Shown here piece by piece: positions 24,225 to 39,700 of a stretch of 64,000 nucleotides of DNA; positions within the stretch are counted from its first letter, which is position 1; each line of letters opens with the position of its first letter. The stretch comes from Octopus bimaculoides (taxonomy: Eukaryota), in contig NC_068982.1 in the NCBI RefSeq assembly GCF_001194135.2, positions 91,431,206-91,495,205 on the forward strand, read 5' to 3'. Position numbers and translations under genes: made by a program. The notes under the pieces were generated by a model. It was not told the DNA's origin and did not search any database. It saw only the letters and a program-made list of their open reading frames with translations.

Positions 24225-27200
24225 CATATATACGATGGGCTTCTTTCAGTTTCCGTCTACCAAATCCACTCATAAAGCTTTGGTTGGCCTGAGGCTATAG
24301 TAGAAGACACTTGCCCAAGGTGCCACGCAGTGGGAATGAACCTGGAACCATGTGGTTGGTAAGCAAGCTACTTCCACACAGCCACTTGCCTACACAAGCC
24401 ACCATAGTTGTTGTTGGCCTTAGTTTCAAATTTAAATTCAGCTGATTTTTGCCTTTGGGATTGATTGAAATAATCATCATTTTTGCTTTCACTTTCCATG
24501 CTGGCATTGGTCTGGTAGGTTCTCATTTGGAGTTCCTGTCTTCCCAGATATGTCAGAGGACTACATCTCTCATTTTCTGGCTGCCCCAAAGAACAGAGCA
24601 TTGCTATATTTGTTGGTTGAGAGAGTTGATGTTTCACTTGCTATATTAAATTCCAGTATAAAGTTATTTAAAGAAATGCTACTTTTACTGTTGGAAACCA
24701 GGAGTACAAGCTGAGCACTGGAGTCAGTGCAATTGACTAGCCCTTCCCACTAAATTTCAGGTCTTATGAGAAAGAATTATTAGATACGTAACTAATAAAC
24801 TACAACAACAACAAAAGAACCTCTTCTCATTGAAGACATTAAACAGTACCTGAAAAATTACTGAATCCCTCAAATAGAAGCTTTGAAAGTTACTAGACTT
24901 ACTCCCCAGCGTTGCCTGGTAAAATATTCACAGAATTGTTTGCCAGTTTGTAGAATGGGAATTCATGCTACTTATGCATGTATTTATATTTAACGTAACT
25001 TCTGGATTTATTTAATTGGAATTATCCAAACAATAGTAATCAATTTAATGTCTGAAGAAAATTATGAATATGAATACATTATCTGAAAAGATATTGATAA
25101 TGTTTTCTGTAATAAAGAATAGAGACAACTTTACCTCTTGGTTATTTAAAGGAGAACACTTTTTATGACATTGTAAATAGCTGTTACGTGGTAGCAGGGT
25201 ATGCTAGAAATAGCAGCCAAATCTTTGGAGCTGAGATACGTTAAATGCATGAATGGGTCTTTTATGAAATATTTACCAGATTTTTAAAGTCATTTTCACT
25301 TTAAAATATTTTTTAAATATGCCCAAAAAATTTTTGTAATGGTATTTGCTTGAAAATAATTAAAACAAACACTAAAATATCATCTGTTTAAAGACTGTAC
25401 TATTTCTGAGATATTTCGGGAACAAACAAACATCTAGAGTTTTAGTATTATTGAGATTTGGTGATCACTGCCAAGAAAATTATTACCATGACATAATATA
25501 GAGTTTTGTCTTGTATTCTTATTTTAAAATTTATTTTTGACTTTTTTTTGGGTCTTGGAACAAAAATTACTTTATTTCTTATATAACAATATATACCTAT
25601 TTCAGGCATTTCCCCAAAATTTATCAATCTCTTTGGGTCACTGCAACACTGAATACTGACATCAACACTTTGAAAAAGATGATATTGCATAATGCTGTAA
25701 GCATCAGTTGATTTCTTTTATTATTTTATTGCATTTAAGCTTACTTTAACTCCATCAAATTTTGCCTGTATTGATATAGTTTGTGTTTGTAATATCACAT
25801 CATTTTCACCTTCATTTTTTTGTGCTAGAATAGATTGAACTATTTTTTACATCATATGTTTTGATCCTACTTCATCACTTTTAAATTCAATGAGTCTGAT
25901 TGAATAAATCATCAGATGAAACTTGAAGTTAGCAAGACAAGACTAGATGGTCCTCTCAATCCAACACTTCTCTGTTTGTTTGCCAACCACTTTACAGTAT
26001 GTACCACCAGGTGCATTCTCTCATAGTACCAACATTATAGAGGTTGTGAAGTTCTCAGTGAGTCAGATATAAAAGGACCTCTCAATCTTTTCTTCTACTT
26101 GTTCACTAAGCACTCTGTAGGATGCACCTAGGAAAGGGCTTTCACCATGATACAGCATAGGTGGGAGTTGCCTTGTTCACTGTAAATATTAAAATTACTT
26201 AATATGCTACAATGTGTTTTTGATCACAAATGTTTATGTTCCTAGTGTCCTTGCATGTCACCACTTGAGCACCTCCTGAGTGATGTTGTGTTTATTAGAT
26301 TTTCTGTAAACAATACATCAAATAACTCTACATGTGTGATGACCAGTGGAATAAAAAGTACCTTACTTGAAAAACAGGTATGGGTTGAATACAGGAGTGC
26401 CATTTGACCATAAAATACTGCCTCTGTAGCTCTTTACTCAGCCCATAACTCATCATCATCATCCACTTTACTATGCTTGCTGAGGCAAATTTTGTACATC
26501 CAAATACCCTTCCTGTTTGCCAACCCCCACCTGTTTCCAAGTAAGGTAATATTTCCTATAACAAAAAATGTTTTCACAGAAGATTAAAAATGCATTGCTG
26601 GTGTGACAGTGACACACATTTACAACTATCACATAATGTCAGAGCAAGAGACACAAACACACACACATAGGTACAAAATGGGTTTCTTTTGGTTTTTGTC
26701 TACCAAACCCACTGACAAGGTTTTTGGTCAGCCTGGGACTGTAGTTGAAGACATTTGTCCAAGGTGCCACACAGAAAGACTGAAGCCAGAACCTTGGAGT
26801 TGGAAAGCAAACAGTATGGAAAAGTGGACATAGAACAAAGAAATGATATAGGTATGTTTGCACATGATACCTGTAATTTCCTTTCCCCTTGATTTTTTTC
26901 ATGCTTTACAGGTAGCCATTAGAGGTGCTACTATATCTGATGAACAGTTGCCTTGTGGATTTACAGTTTATTGATTTGTGAAATGTGATTCATGTTTAAT
27001 ATTTAGTGAATGTCTACATAGTATTAGTGTAATCACTTCATGCCTGCTAAACATATATACCTTCTGTTATAACACTTTCAAAGGTGATGGAGCTTTATAA
27101 TTAATTGTGGGCTAACATATACAAAATATAATGTAATAAAAACAATTTTAAGCCTATTGAAATTACATTCTTTAAGGAAAAGTAAAGAGAATTAATAGCA

Positions 27201-30200
27201 GTTATCAAGAACAAGGGAGAGAACTCTAATTGATTAGGCAGATATAGTGCAGACTGAGTTTGATTATGGTAATAACTCTGTATATCTTTCTATTTTATGA
27301 GACCTCCTCAACTAAGCAGCAGTCTGACATACTTTCCAAAACTTAAAATAACTTGCAAGGATATTGGTTTCAGTGAAAGTCCTCAGTTAAGCAGTAGTCT
27401 GACATAATTTCCAGAACTTAAAATGACTTGCAAGGATATGAGTTTCAGTGAAAAGTATTCTCTGATTAAAATGTAAATAATGTACATAATTCCTCATCTC
27501 TTAAATATAGAACTGTATTAAAATAATGATGCTGAAAACTTTTATTTTTGACAATGTTCAATTTATAGAGTTTCTTCATTTATAATCCTTGTTCCTGATT
27601 CTACAACAATAGCCATGTTTACTGTATGTGATGGCATAAAAGGTGCATACACATATTAGATGCACCCCAATTTCAGCAGTGCATAGTCAAGAACAAGCGT
27701 TTTTAGTGTACTAAAACAGAAGGCTCAAATTTGTATAATAGGACCTGGGATAAATTTTTGAGACATTTTGTTAGGAAAAAAAGTACATCTAACCTATCAA
27801 ATATAGTAATGTTTCCTACTATAAGCATACAAACTTTTTCACCATCTCCAGTGACCTTTCTTGAAATCTACATATTTTAACAATTCCAATTTTCTATTTT
27901 AGCCATTAATGCAAAGAAATTTTCAACCCTGGCTATTTCTGGACATTTACCCAAAAACAAATTTATTTTACCATGGAATATTGTTCCTTTATCTAGAATG
28001 ATGTATTGCTTTGAATCCTTGATATCTTAGACTGCATTATTTTTTCATTCTAGAACCACCTTATACCATTAACATAACAGGCTTTGTTTTTCAAGTTTTG
28101 CTGACTAACCCTAACTCTTCCCTACTTCCATTCAAACCTGTCACACCAAATTTCCTGCATGGCATTTTTCTGTCTGTCTGTCTCTCCCTCTCATGCTTTC
28201 CTTAAGTGTTATATGTAGAACATCATTCTAAGGACCTCTGCTTTCTGTAAAGCTCTTTACTTCCATGCATTCTTGCCCTACATTACCCATCATATTGCAA
28301 CAATTTCAATCTTTCCTTCATTCTACTCAAAGTTTACTGACATACTTTGAAGAGTAACATTTCCTTTCTTCAGACATAGCATAAGAATCACTGATGTTAT
28401 TGTAAAAAGTACCAAACTACAGGCACACATATTTGCACTTATTGTCAATATTGTTAGAACATTTTCTTACTTTTTGCTAATCATTTAGGTGGTTTTGAAA
28501 CTTGAAGAACCTCAGATACCAGAACACTTAATGCAATATCACATTATGTGAGTATTCTAGCTTTTCTTGTTTTTTTAAATTTATTTTTTCAAAAGTAAAA
28601 AGTATGTGTGTGTGTGTGTATATGCATGTATACATACATACATATAAATATATGTGTACACGCGCGCGCGCGTGTGTGTGTGTGACTGGTGTTTGGCCAA
28701 GCATGATCTTTCTTTCTTGGCTCAACTGCCAGCCACAAAGCATCTCTTATATTCCTGTCTCATGACTTTCATCTCTTATGTTCATCTCCTATGTTCCTCC
28801 TCAAGGCTTTTACTCTACACATGCTAGCTCAACTTGATTCGTCTTTATTGGTCAACAGACACCTGTTGTTATTTTCTTGTTTGTATTTGTAATTGTGTAA
28901 CATTTTCTCTGTCTTTTTATCTTTGTTGTCATACACATTTCCTTGCTTTCTCCTAAAAAATTGAATGCTCTTAGCTTAGATTTTTGGGGCCTGCCAGATT
29001 TGAACAGTCTCAAGTGTAACCGGCCGAAACTGTAAGGATGATCTGGAAACTTGACTGATGGGAGAAGGCTGCGAATGACCCCTCCTTGTTTTTTCCTGTC
29101 CGTCTTTGTACTGTCTATCTGTCTGAATGTTTCATTGTCGTCTGTTGCATTCTTGTTTTTTGGATTTATATATATATGTATATAGTATGGGCTTTGTTTT
29201 GTTTCCATCTATCAAATCCATTCACCAGGCTGGTTGACTTGGGGCTATTGTAGAAGGCTCCTCATCTGCCACACAGTTATACTGAACTACAAGGTAGTAA
29301 AGCATGCTTCTTAACCACACAGCCATGCCTGTACATTATATATATATATATATATATAAAATCATCATCATCATAATTTAACATCCATTTTCCCTGTTGG
29401 CATGGGATGGATAGTTTGACAAGAGTTGGAAAGCCAAAGGGCTGTGCCAAGCTCTATTGTTTGTTTTGGCATGATTTCTACAGCTGGATGCCCTTCCTAG
29501 TGCCAACCACTTTACAGAGTATAGTGCTTTATTTTGTGACACCAGCACTGGCAGGGTCACCAAGTAACTTATAAGACAAAGTCCCCTTGACTGGTGAGGT
29601 GTAGTATTGAGGGAGGTGGCCTTGTGACAGCGTACACATATATGTTCACACTTTCATTTTCTATATCTTGCTGCCAGTTAATGTTTTACTAACATTGCTT
29701 ACATTTTAAAATGTTTGTATCTTTATGACAGGGTGGAAGATGATGACAAATATGCTTTGATGTGTGCTCTGTTCCAACTGAAGTTAATTCGTGGAAGATC
29801 CTTAATATTTGTCAACACAATTGATGAGTCCTACAGGTAAAATTTATTTATGGATGTTCTTGTATTTTTTTTATATTTATGCATATATTTTTTCCTGCTA
29901 CTTTAGGTGGAATAATTCAGTATATTCAAAAGTTTGCATGGGGTATTGAACAATATTAACTTTGCATATATATATTTATGTGTTTAAATATAATCAGTGA
30001 TTGTAATTTGATTCCATTAGTACTGTACAGCACTATACAGTCGTGTGAAGGCATGTGGTTTAGTGGTTTAGGTATTTGGCTCATGATCGTAAGGTTGTGA
30101 GTTCAGTTCCCAGAACCATGTTGTGTCCTTGAGCAAGACACTATTTCACGTTGCTTCAATCCACTCAGCTAGAAAAAATGAGCAGTACCTGTATTTCAAA

Positions 30201-33200
30201 GGGCCAGCCTTGTCACACTTTGTGTCATGCTGAATCTCTTCAAGAACTATGTTAAGGGTGTTTGTGGAGTGCTCAGCCACATGCATGTTTATTTCACAAG
30301 CAGGCTGTTCCATTGATCCAATCAACTGCAACCCTTGTTGTAACTGATAGTATGCCAGTATGGAATACAGTCGTAAAATGTGGCCTTTTGTTTCCTTTTG
30401 CCCTTACATAAACTGATGTCTTTATTATCTAAAATTATTTTTTGTGGCATCTCAGAAAACATGGCAATTTTTGTCTTTTGATTAAGTTATAATTTCTTTA
30501 TCCCCCTCTCAAATCAAAAATATAGATGTGACGGAGATCCAAATCACTGGGGAATTTATGTGAAATCTTGGTTCTCGAACATAAGAGTAGTCATTGATTT
30601 TTTTCTCAACTTTTAACATCAAACATTGAACATCTCATATCTTTTATCTTTTGGTTTGTAGCTGCATATAGAGATCTGTAACAATATAGCTATAATTTCT
30701 TAAAATTTCAACTCTTGTCAAATGAGGCTCTTTCTAGATCCGGATAGACAACTAGTGTTCCCTTGAGCATCACTGGTAATTCCTTTAATATCTGATGCTA
30801 CTTTTAATAACTGCAAACCCTCTTGAAGCTTCACAGATGTTGCTGCTTTCAACTGAGTAGAATCACCTTTAGCTTAAAGGAAGCATCATATGTAATGCAT
30901 TTCTTCATTATGTAGATAATGGTTACCACTGTATAGCTATAATTTTGATGGGAAATTTTGCTGCAATATAAATTCATGCAAATGGGCGTGAATAATATGT
31001 GGATGTTTATCCTTGCTAAAAATGAAACTACACATGAGAAAGCATCAAGTAGACAGAATGAGATATATTAAATAGCTTACTTTACACTTATTTATTAATG
31101 ACTGTCACATCTTGATATGAAAGGTTGATAATCAATAGTGAGAAATTGTTTCTTCAACCCAATTGTAGAATAATAGATATTGGTGCCTATAGAAACTAAA
31201 CATGACTGTGTGATTATGGAGTTTGGTTCATAGTTATGTGGTTCTAGGTTCCTACTCGTACCTTAGGCTAGTGTCGTCTACCATAGCCTCTGCACAATGT
31301 AAAGCTTGTAAGGAAAAGTGGATGAGTGAAAACAGTATGGGGTTTTCTTGGAGAGACATTATTTGTTCCTGAGTGGTATGCTGAATCTGTTGTTCAGTCT
31401 AATACCCCCCATCTAGTCCTTGGGTACCTGTAGCAAAGTTCACTCCTTAACAAGTATTAAGGCCAAATCTCCAGGCTGAGGAATAACCAATGAGTTATGA
31501 CTTTATCCTCCCTTTTCTCCAATAATACTGATACTGGCATGGACCCATTGAATTAATGATATTTTCTTTAATTAGTCTTTGTATTATCTAAGGACTAATT
31601 TGCTTAGATGAATATATAAAGGTTTGAAAGAGTATCAATCAATAACATAAAGCACATTTTTTTTTCAGTCACCGTATACTGTCTTATACTCTCAAAACTA
31701 ATTATCCAAGCTGTTTCAGTAAAATTTAGTAAATATTAATCTCCTGTATACTGGAATACAGATGTTTGCATTATTTACACATAAATATGTTTAGATCTAT
31801 AAAACACTGTGTAAATAATGTGGACATTTCTATCCTAGATTTGAGAGAGATTTGGTTATTATTTGTAACAAGTTAAGTGACTGTCATAGGAATTTTTTCT
31901 TTAGCTTATGATAAGTGTCAATACTGTACTGGGGTTTATTCACTTAGTTATGTTCTTCACTACAAAAATACACTTTGTACTTATAAAGAGATGTTTTTTA
32001 ATGATCCTTGTAATTATTTTTTCATAATACAGATTGAAAATGTTCCTGCAGCAATTTGGAATAAAATCTTGTATACTTAATAATGAGATGCCATTAAGTT
32101 CTCGGTAAGTTCATTTTCCAATTATTATTATTTTAGCCAACTTAACTTCTTTAGTCTGCCTGGTATTTGGACAAATCAACAAACTTCGGTGGAAGGTATT
32201 AATTTAGATAGCTTTAAAACAAAGTTTGTGTCATAGAACATAGGAAGTGGATGGACTGCAAGGGGGACTATGTTGAAAAATAAGCCTCATTTGGTCACAT
32301 TCCATGCATGAGAGTATCTTAATCAGCTTATGAACTTTTCAGCTGGCCCTTGTATGTCATTTTATTAGATATATTATAGGGTAAAATATGATGTTTAGTT
32401 TTGAACATCTTGATAAAATATCATCCAGACCTATATATGCAGAAATAATAAATGCAGCTTGTGATTTATATGTAAGTTGAGTGCTGGGCTAAGATGTATG
32501 TGAAATGGGGATGCAACCTCTTCACATGTATATATAGTTACTCAAGAGATGATTAATTTTTGCTTCTTTCTTTATTTTGGCTTTAGTTATCTTCTACTTT
32601 TGTCTTTTCTTGTCTCACCTTATCTCCTGGTTTTTATCATGAATATCCCCACCTGAATACCTCAACACCACTATTTACCTCTTTGGAGATACTATTGAAC
32701 ATTTTTACCCACTTCTCTCATTCCTTAACCCTTGTCTTCTACCATAAAGCTATCTCACCACCTCCTTGGGTTTTGTAGTCTTGCAAGCTACATGGCAGTT
32801 TGAGCCAGTGGCACAAAAAAAATAACATTCAGTACATGCTATAAAGTAGTTGGCATTAGAATGGCATCAAGCCTTAAGAACCCTGCCAAATCAGACATTG
32901 GAGCATGATACTGGCATGGACCCATTGAATTCTTTCAAACTCATACCAGCATGGAACATAGACTTTAAATCAGGTGTACTCAACCATTTTCATCTATGGA
33001 CCCCTTTGATAACTATTTTATTTTGGTGGACCCCCATAGGTATTCTGTGCTTAAAAACTAGTTTTAATAGAAACTTCTTTAAAAATTCCTATTTTGTTTT
33101 TCACACATTAACTTGTGTGGATTGAACCATGTAAAATGTTAGAGAAAGAAACCTGGCTGTTTCTTGCAATACATACCAATACATACACCTAAAGCAAAAT

Positions 33201-36200
33201 ATTTTTAGGGGCCTTTAAAATACTATTGTGGATCCCCAATTTACTATGTTTTTGTGTGGACCCCCAACATTCTTATATAGATCCTCGTTGAGAACCACTG
33301 CTTTAAATGGTGATGATGATCTCCATGTGGTATGCAGGTAGCCAATATCTTGTTGCGAGTTTGTGTTAGATATAGATCAGGTTTACAGAACCAAGTTTGC
33401 ATTGATTTTATTCCAATCCTCAACTACCTCCTTACTGTTAGAAAGAATACACTAGAGCCATCACCAGTTCTATGAATTCTATGTTGTGTAACTGTAAAAC
33501 TGTTCTTGTCTTTCAGATGTAACATAGTAGATGAATTCAACAGAGCAGTATATGATAACATAATAGCTACTGATGAACAGATTTTTGAAGATGATGCTGA
33601 AGACACTAAAAAGAAAACAAAAAAGTAATGTTGCAATTTTTTTGGGTTTTTTTTTTTCTCTGTGCTTCAGTTAGTAAAATTTATTTAGACTTGTTCTGTA
33701 TCTTGATGCCCTTTCTGCCACAATGCCATTCATTTTTGACAAGTCAGTAATGGAGCTTCTATGGTCACTCAACCTGCTAATAAAAGCGACCAAATCTTTC
33801 AACCCATCTTAAAACAGGAAGGACTCACATTTGCTAATGTAGTTCTAGATAGCCACCACTCTCTCAAAAAAAAATAAGTGATGTCATGGCTGCAATCCCT
33901 TTGATCATTCTGGATTGATCTGTTGACTTGGAGCTAAATAGCAACTGTGCTTGTAAGTGGAACTTTAAAAAAAAAAATTGTTTTATTATCCTAACCAGCG
34001 TGTGGTTCTCTTTAGATATTTGTGTAAACTAGTATTGTTTGTGTTAAATTGATGTGAAAATTACTTTAAAATGCAATGACTTATGTAAGGAAATTATACT
34101 GGACTTTGACACATTTTCGGTCATGTTTCTGCTCACTGATAACACATGGTCCTAGTCATATCTTAATCTCTGCAAAGATTTTTTTGAAAATAAGTATTGA
34201 CTCTGGTTTTAATATTTTACTTCTTAGAAAAATAACAATCCCTCTAATCACACAGCATTTCCCACAGTGTCCCTTTGATATTTGCTGCCTCCTTGTAAAC
34301 TCACAATACCCTTTCAAGTGATCCAACTACCCAAGTTAAGAAGGCATGGCAACAGGAAACTACTTCATTGTATCCTCCTCTGTATCACTATATAAACACT
34401 CAGTCTTTTGGCCAAAGTTCGGCAATCAGATAGGTTATACAACTGCACCGTGTCATAATCTCACGTAAAACATTTTAAGGGAGCTTTTTCTGCATTCCAA
34501 TTTCAAATCTGACTGGAATTGACTTTTCATTCATCCCTGCATAAGTACGTTTTTGTGCTAAAGTGAAATGCCATCGTCATTATTATTGCTATTAGCACTA
34601 TTTCTTGCACTAACATTTTTAATTTTCTCAATGCTTTTCGAATACATAGTGATACAGTAAATCAAGAAATCTTATTTAAAATTAAGTTTTTAGTGGTGAT
34701 AATGTATCATTGTATAAATGACTAATTATGGTTTTAAAGAAGGCAAAAAAAGCATGGAGACAACCTTGAAATTTTAATTAAATACAGAAGTGGGTGTGAA
34801 ATGAGCCTGTTCTTTAGCTGTAAAACATCTCAATAATTTGTCTAACCCATCATATTAGCTTGGAAGAATGGATATGAAAACGAATGACAACTGTGAACAT
34901 GTTTTGATCTGATAACTCACTAGGGAAGCATAGACTAAGCATTGCCATAAGACTTTACAATTACTAAAGAAGTATATGTATATATGACTGGTGCAGGTGG
35001 TTGTATGGTTGAGAAGCTTGATTCCCAAACATGTGGTCTTGGGTTCAATCCCATTGTATGACATCTTGGGCAAGCATCTTCTACTTTAGCTCCAGGCCAT
35101 CCAAAGCCTTTTGAGTGGATTTGATAGATAGAAGCTGAAAGAAGCCCATCATACATGTGTGTGTGTTTGTATGTGTCCTCATCTAGACTTTACATAGTAG
35201 TTGTAAATGAATGAAGTTGTTGATTTCCAGTCTGTGTAAAGCTCTTTCCTTCCATGCATTCTTGCCATGCTGTAACCATCACAATGTGTCCAGTTAAGGA
35301 AAATGTTACCTTGCTTGGAAACATGTGAGGACTGGTGGCAGCAATGGCATCCAACAATAGGAAACCTGCCTCAACAAATTTTCTCTGGCTCTCATGCAAG
35401 CATGCAAAAATGTGTGTTAATGATGATGAATGATGACTGAGTGGCTTAACTAGAGGGATGTATTTACTGTGAATAAAGATTAAGTGGCTTAATAACTTAT
35501 GTGGGATTTTGTAAAGGAGAAAGCAAGTGTTTTGCTTATTTGTTTTTTTTTTTTTAATATTTCCCTTGCATGTATTACAGGGGAAATGATGGCTGTGGTG
35601 TTTCACGAGGTGTTGATTTCTACAATGTCTCAAATGTTGTCAACTTTGACTTCCCAGAATCTGTGAACGCTTATATTCATCGCATTGGAAGGTTAGTCAA
35701 ATTTTTGTCTTGATAAAAGTTCACATGTATCTCTACTTAGGTTCCATTAGAATTGATGGTACTTGTGATTATAGTTCAGAGGTTCTCAAACTTTTTGGGC
35801 CATCGCCCCCCCCCATGGCCACATAATACCCTCAACATNNNNNNNNNNNNNNNNNNNNNNNNNNNNNNNNNNNNNNNNNNNNNNNNNNNNNNNNNNNNNN
35901 NNNNNNNNNNNNNNNNNNNNNNNNTATTTTTATGTATAAATAAAAATTCTATATTTTACTAATTTATATAAACTATGAATCATTTGATATTTAATATAAT
36001 ATTGTATAATTTATATGCAATACTATAATAATATTATAAATTCATAAGTGTCCCCCAATCCACTGCCTTTCTCCCAATGCCTCCTTTTTCTCTACCACCC
36101 ACCTGAACCGGGAGTGCCCACTTTGAGAACCTATGCTGTAGTTGAAAACACTGTAAAAAGAAAGTAAGCGGATTCCATAATCAAGTTGTGCTATTTCACA

Positions 36201-36708
36201 AGCATCATTGACATCCTTTTAAGGTATGAACATCACAACATTACACCTACCATTTTACTCTTCTATAAACGTTCCCAAGCTTTGTGCTTACTTTAAGCAC
36301 CCTCCTTGAGACTTCAACATAATCAGGTAATTTTATTCATAAGATATGTTTTTAGTTGTATCCATTTTACTATACTATCTTTTGATGCAGATGGATTTTG
36401 AAAATTTGAATATTAACATGAATTTTTAAGCTATAAGGTTATTTTGTTCATATATGTATCAACAGAATATAAATAGCTAGAGATCACCCAACAATATACA
36501 AATATCTATTGAGCATCAAATGACTAACAACTCTGTTAGCAGGAGAATATGAATGATATAGATACCTATCTTTTGTTTTTGTTTTGTTTTTTTGGCTTGG
36601 CATATTGCCTCTGGATACAGCACAATTATGGTTTATGAAACTGGTGGTGCATTTGAGTTGTGAGTGTCAGTGTGGGTAACTACTAGACAATAGAATATGT
36701 CAGCTGAT

Positions 36709-36750
<42 letters not shown>

Positions 36751-39700
36751 ACCTACAATAGTAGAACTGAAGCAAATAATGAAAGACTAGGACAAAAAAA
36801 AAAAATGAAGCTGCTACTTAGAGAAATGCAACTTTTCATCATTGCTTTCAATTGTAATAGGGTCTTTTCTACTCTAGGCACAAGGCCCGAAATTTTTGGG
36901 GAGGAGGCCAGTCAATTAGATCGCCTCCAGTACACAACTGGTACTTAATTTATCGACCCTGAAAGGATGAAAGACAAGGTCAACCTCGGCGGAATTTGAA
37001 CTCAGAACATAAAGACAGATAAAATACCGCTAAGCATTTCGCCTGGTGTGCTAACGTTTCTGCCAGCTGGCAGCCTTTAAATTGTAATAGGATGACAAGA
37101 TTGTCTGCATGTGTAAACCAATTGATTTGCGTGTCTTCATCTCAAAAGTACTGGAGTTGATGTGATTGACTATAGCCTTTTAAAAGCTGTGCTCCAGTAT
37201 AATGAGTCTAGTAATTGAGCTGGTAAAAAGTTAAATATGTTTGTCATTTACATTATTGCAAATTAAGTATCATAACTCTTTTTAGTATTGTATTCATGTT
37301 TGTTTCATTCATGCTAATATTTTGTGTTGTGAAATATATTCCCAGAACTGCTCGTGCTAAACAGAAAGGTACAGCTTTATCATTTGTAAATAGTAAAGAG
37401 AAGGAGATCTTTGACGAAGTCAAGCAAGTTATAATACAAGAATCAGGTATTATTCTCTTTGCATTTTTACAATGTTTTTCACAGCAAATTTTAAGATTTT
37501 CAGATGAATTCTTAATGTAGGTAGATATTTTGGGGGCTGGAATGTATTTTTTAACACCAGCCACTGAACACAAAGGTAATGTAGTTATTAATTGTAACTA
37601 AATAAATGTAGAACAATGTTGATGAAGATTACAACACTTTGGCCATTGTAGTATTAGACCTTGATGTTGCTAATCTAGTACATTACTTCATCATTCAGAT
37701 GAGTCCAAAGTTCTTAGTTTTTCTTTGTTGATATCTATTGACAATTTCAATTGTTTTTTTTCTTTTCATTTTTATATAATAAAATATTCTAAAGTGTTCT
37801 CTACTTTCTTTTAGGAGATAGTGGAAGCCATTTTAAACCATTCAACTTCAATATGAAGAGAATTGAAGGTTTTCAGTACAGATCAAAAGTAAGCAACATT
37901 CTTTATTTGTAATCCTGTTCTTAAAATTATTTTTATTGATTCTTAATCACATCAAAATTAATTTCATTTGGATCTAATAAGTCCAAATGAATAAAAACTG
38001 AGATCATGATGACCTAGCCAATCCATACCAGCTTGGAAAGTGGCCTTGAATTAATTATTTCAAATTTTGACACAAAGCAGTATTTTGGCAAATCCCATGA
38101 CATTTCTAAGTTTTTGTAATGATTTACATGTTATAGTTAAAACTATAGTTATTACTGTCAATAAAGATGTTCAGCACATAAGTAGAAAGAATGATAGTTT
38201 GTATCTTGTCACTAGCACTGAGTAGCTTGGCCTTACAAAAGGCTCTCTCTTTAGTTGTATCATGGAGAGTTATAGCTCAATGTTTTACTCACTAAGTAGT
38301 GGGAGCACTGCACAGTTGACAATTGTTTTGTTAGCTTACATTCTTTAATGCAACTCCTCTAATAGATAAACTGAAAAGTGTTTTTCAAGTGTTTAATATA
38401 TTAACTTTGAAATATTTTCTAATACAGCAACATTTCCATTAGTAATTGAGGATAACTATAAATAAATAAAATATGTTTTTAAAAGTAATTTTGTCAACGA
38501 TATCACTTCTCTTATGCAAGATTAATTATGTTTATCAAAAGATAAACCAATTTTTCATAAGTGTAAGTGTTTGGTAAGAAACTTGTTTTCCAGCAACATG
38601 GTCTCTTTCAGTCCCACTATATGACAACTTGAACATGTGTCTTTTACTATAACTTTGTGCCAACCAATATCTTGTGAGTGGATTTGGTAAATGGAAACCG
38701 AAAGAAGCCTATAGTGTGTGTGTGGATGTTACTCTCTTCTTGCCAGGACTGCATGATAGTTATAAAAACAAGTGTTACTGTCATGCAAGTAATGTCCTTC
38801 ATTTATTGTCTTTCATGGAAAACATATCTGATCATGAGGAAATATTACCTTAATTGAAAACAGGTGAGGGCTGATGACAGGAAGGGTAACCAGCTACAAA
38901 AAATCTGCTTCAACAAATACTGTGTGGCCATGTGAGCATGGAAAAAATGAATGTTAAAACAGTGGTGGTAATGATAATGATGAAGGGTTAGCAACATAAA
39001 AAGTATCCAACATCAAATAAGTCTCTGTTTAAATTATGCAGGCATGGAGAAAAGAATTATAGGTATTAAATAAGAGAACAACCCCAATGATGCTTAAAAC
39101 AACTATTTAACCCTTTTGATACTATTGTGCCCGAAACCGCCTATGGTTTTTATGATACAAATTTCCTGTTTTAAAATGATTTGAATTAAAACCATCCATA
39201 GAAATCTCATGGTAAGACTTGCTTAATAATGACAGTTCATCATCATCATCATCATCGTTTAACGTCCGCCTTCCATGCTAGCATGGGTTGGACGATTTGA
39301 CTGAGGACTGGTGAAACCGGATGGCAACACCAGGCTCCAATCTAATTTGGCAGAGTTTCTACAGCTGGATGCCCTTCCTAACGCCAACCACTCAGAGAGT
39401 GTAGTGGGTGCTTTTACGTGTCACCCGCACGAAAACGGCCACGCTCGAAATGGTGTCTTTTATGTGCCACCCGCACAAGAGCCAGTCCAGGAGCACCGGC
39501 AACGATCTCGCTCGAAAGCACCGGCAAATTGAAATAAAGTCAGTTTATTTCAACAAAAATGTGGTAACAAAAGGGTTAATTTGCAAATGTTCTTTGCTTA
39601 TCTTGAATAAATGGTTTCTTAGTATTGTGCAAATGAAGTGGTGCGACTGTTAGTTAATTACTGCAGTAAGACTGCAACCTGATTATTATTGCCTGTTAAA

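Noticed and set aside
28990-29040. Hammerhead-like CCGGCCGAAACTGT
   Set aside because: No CUGANGA core upstream of the putative stem II.
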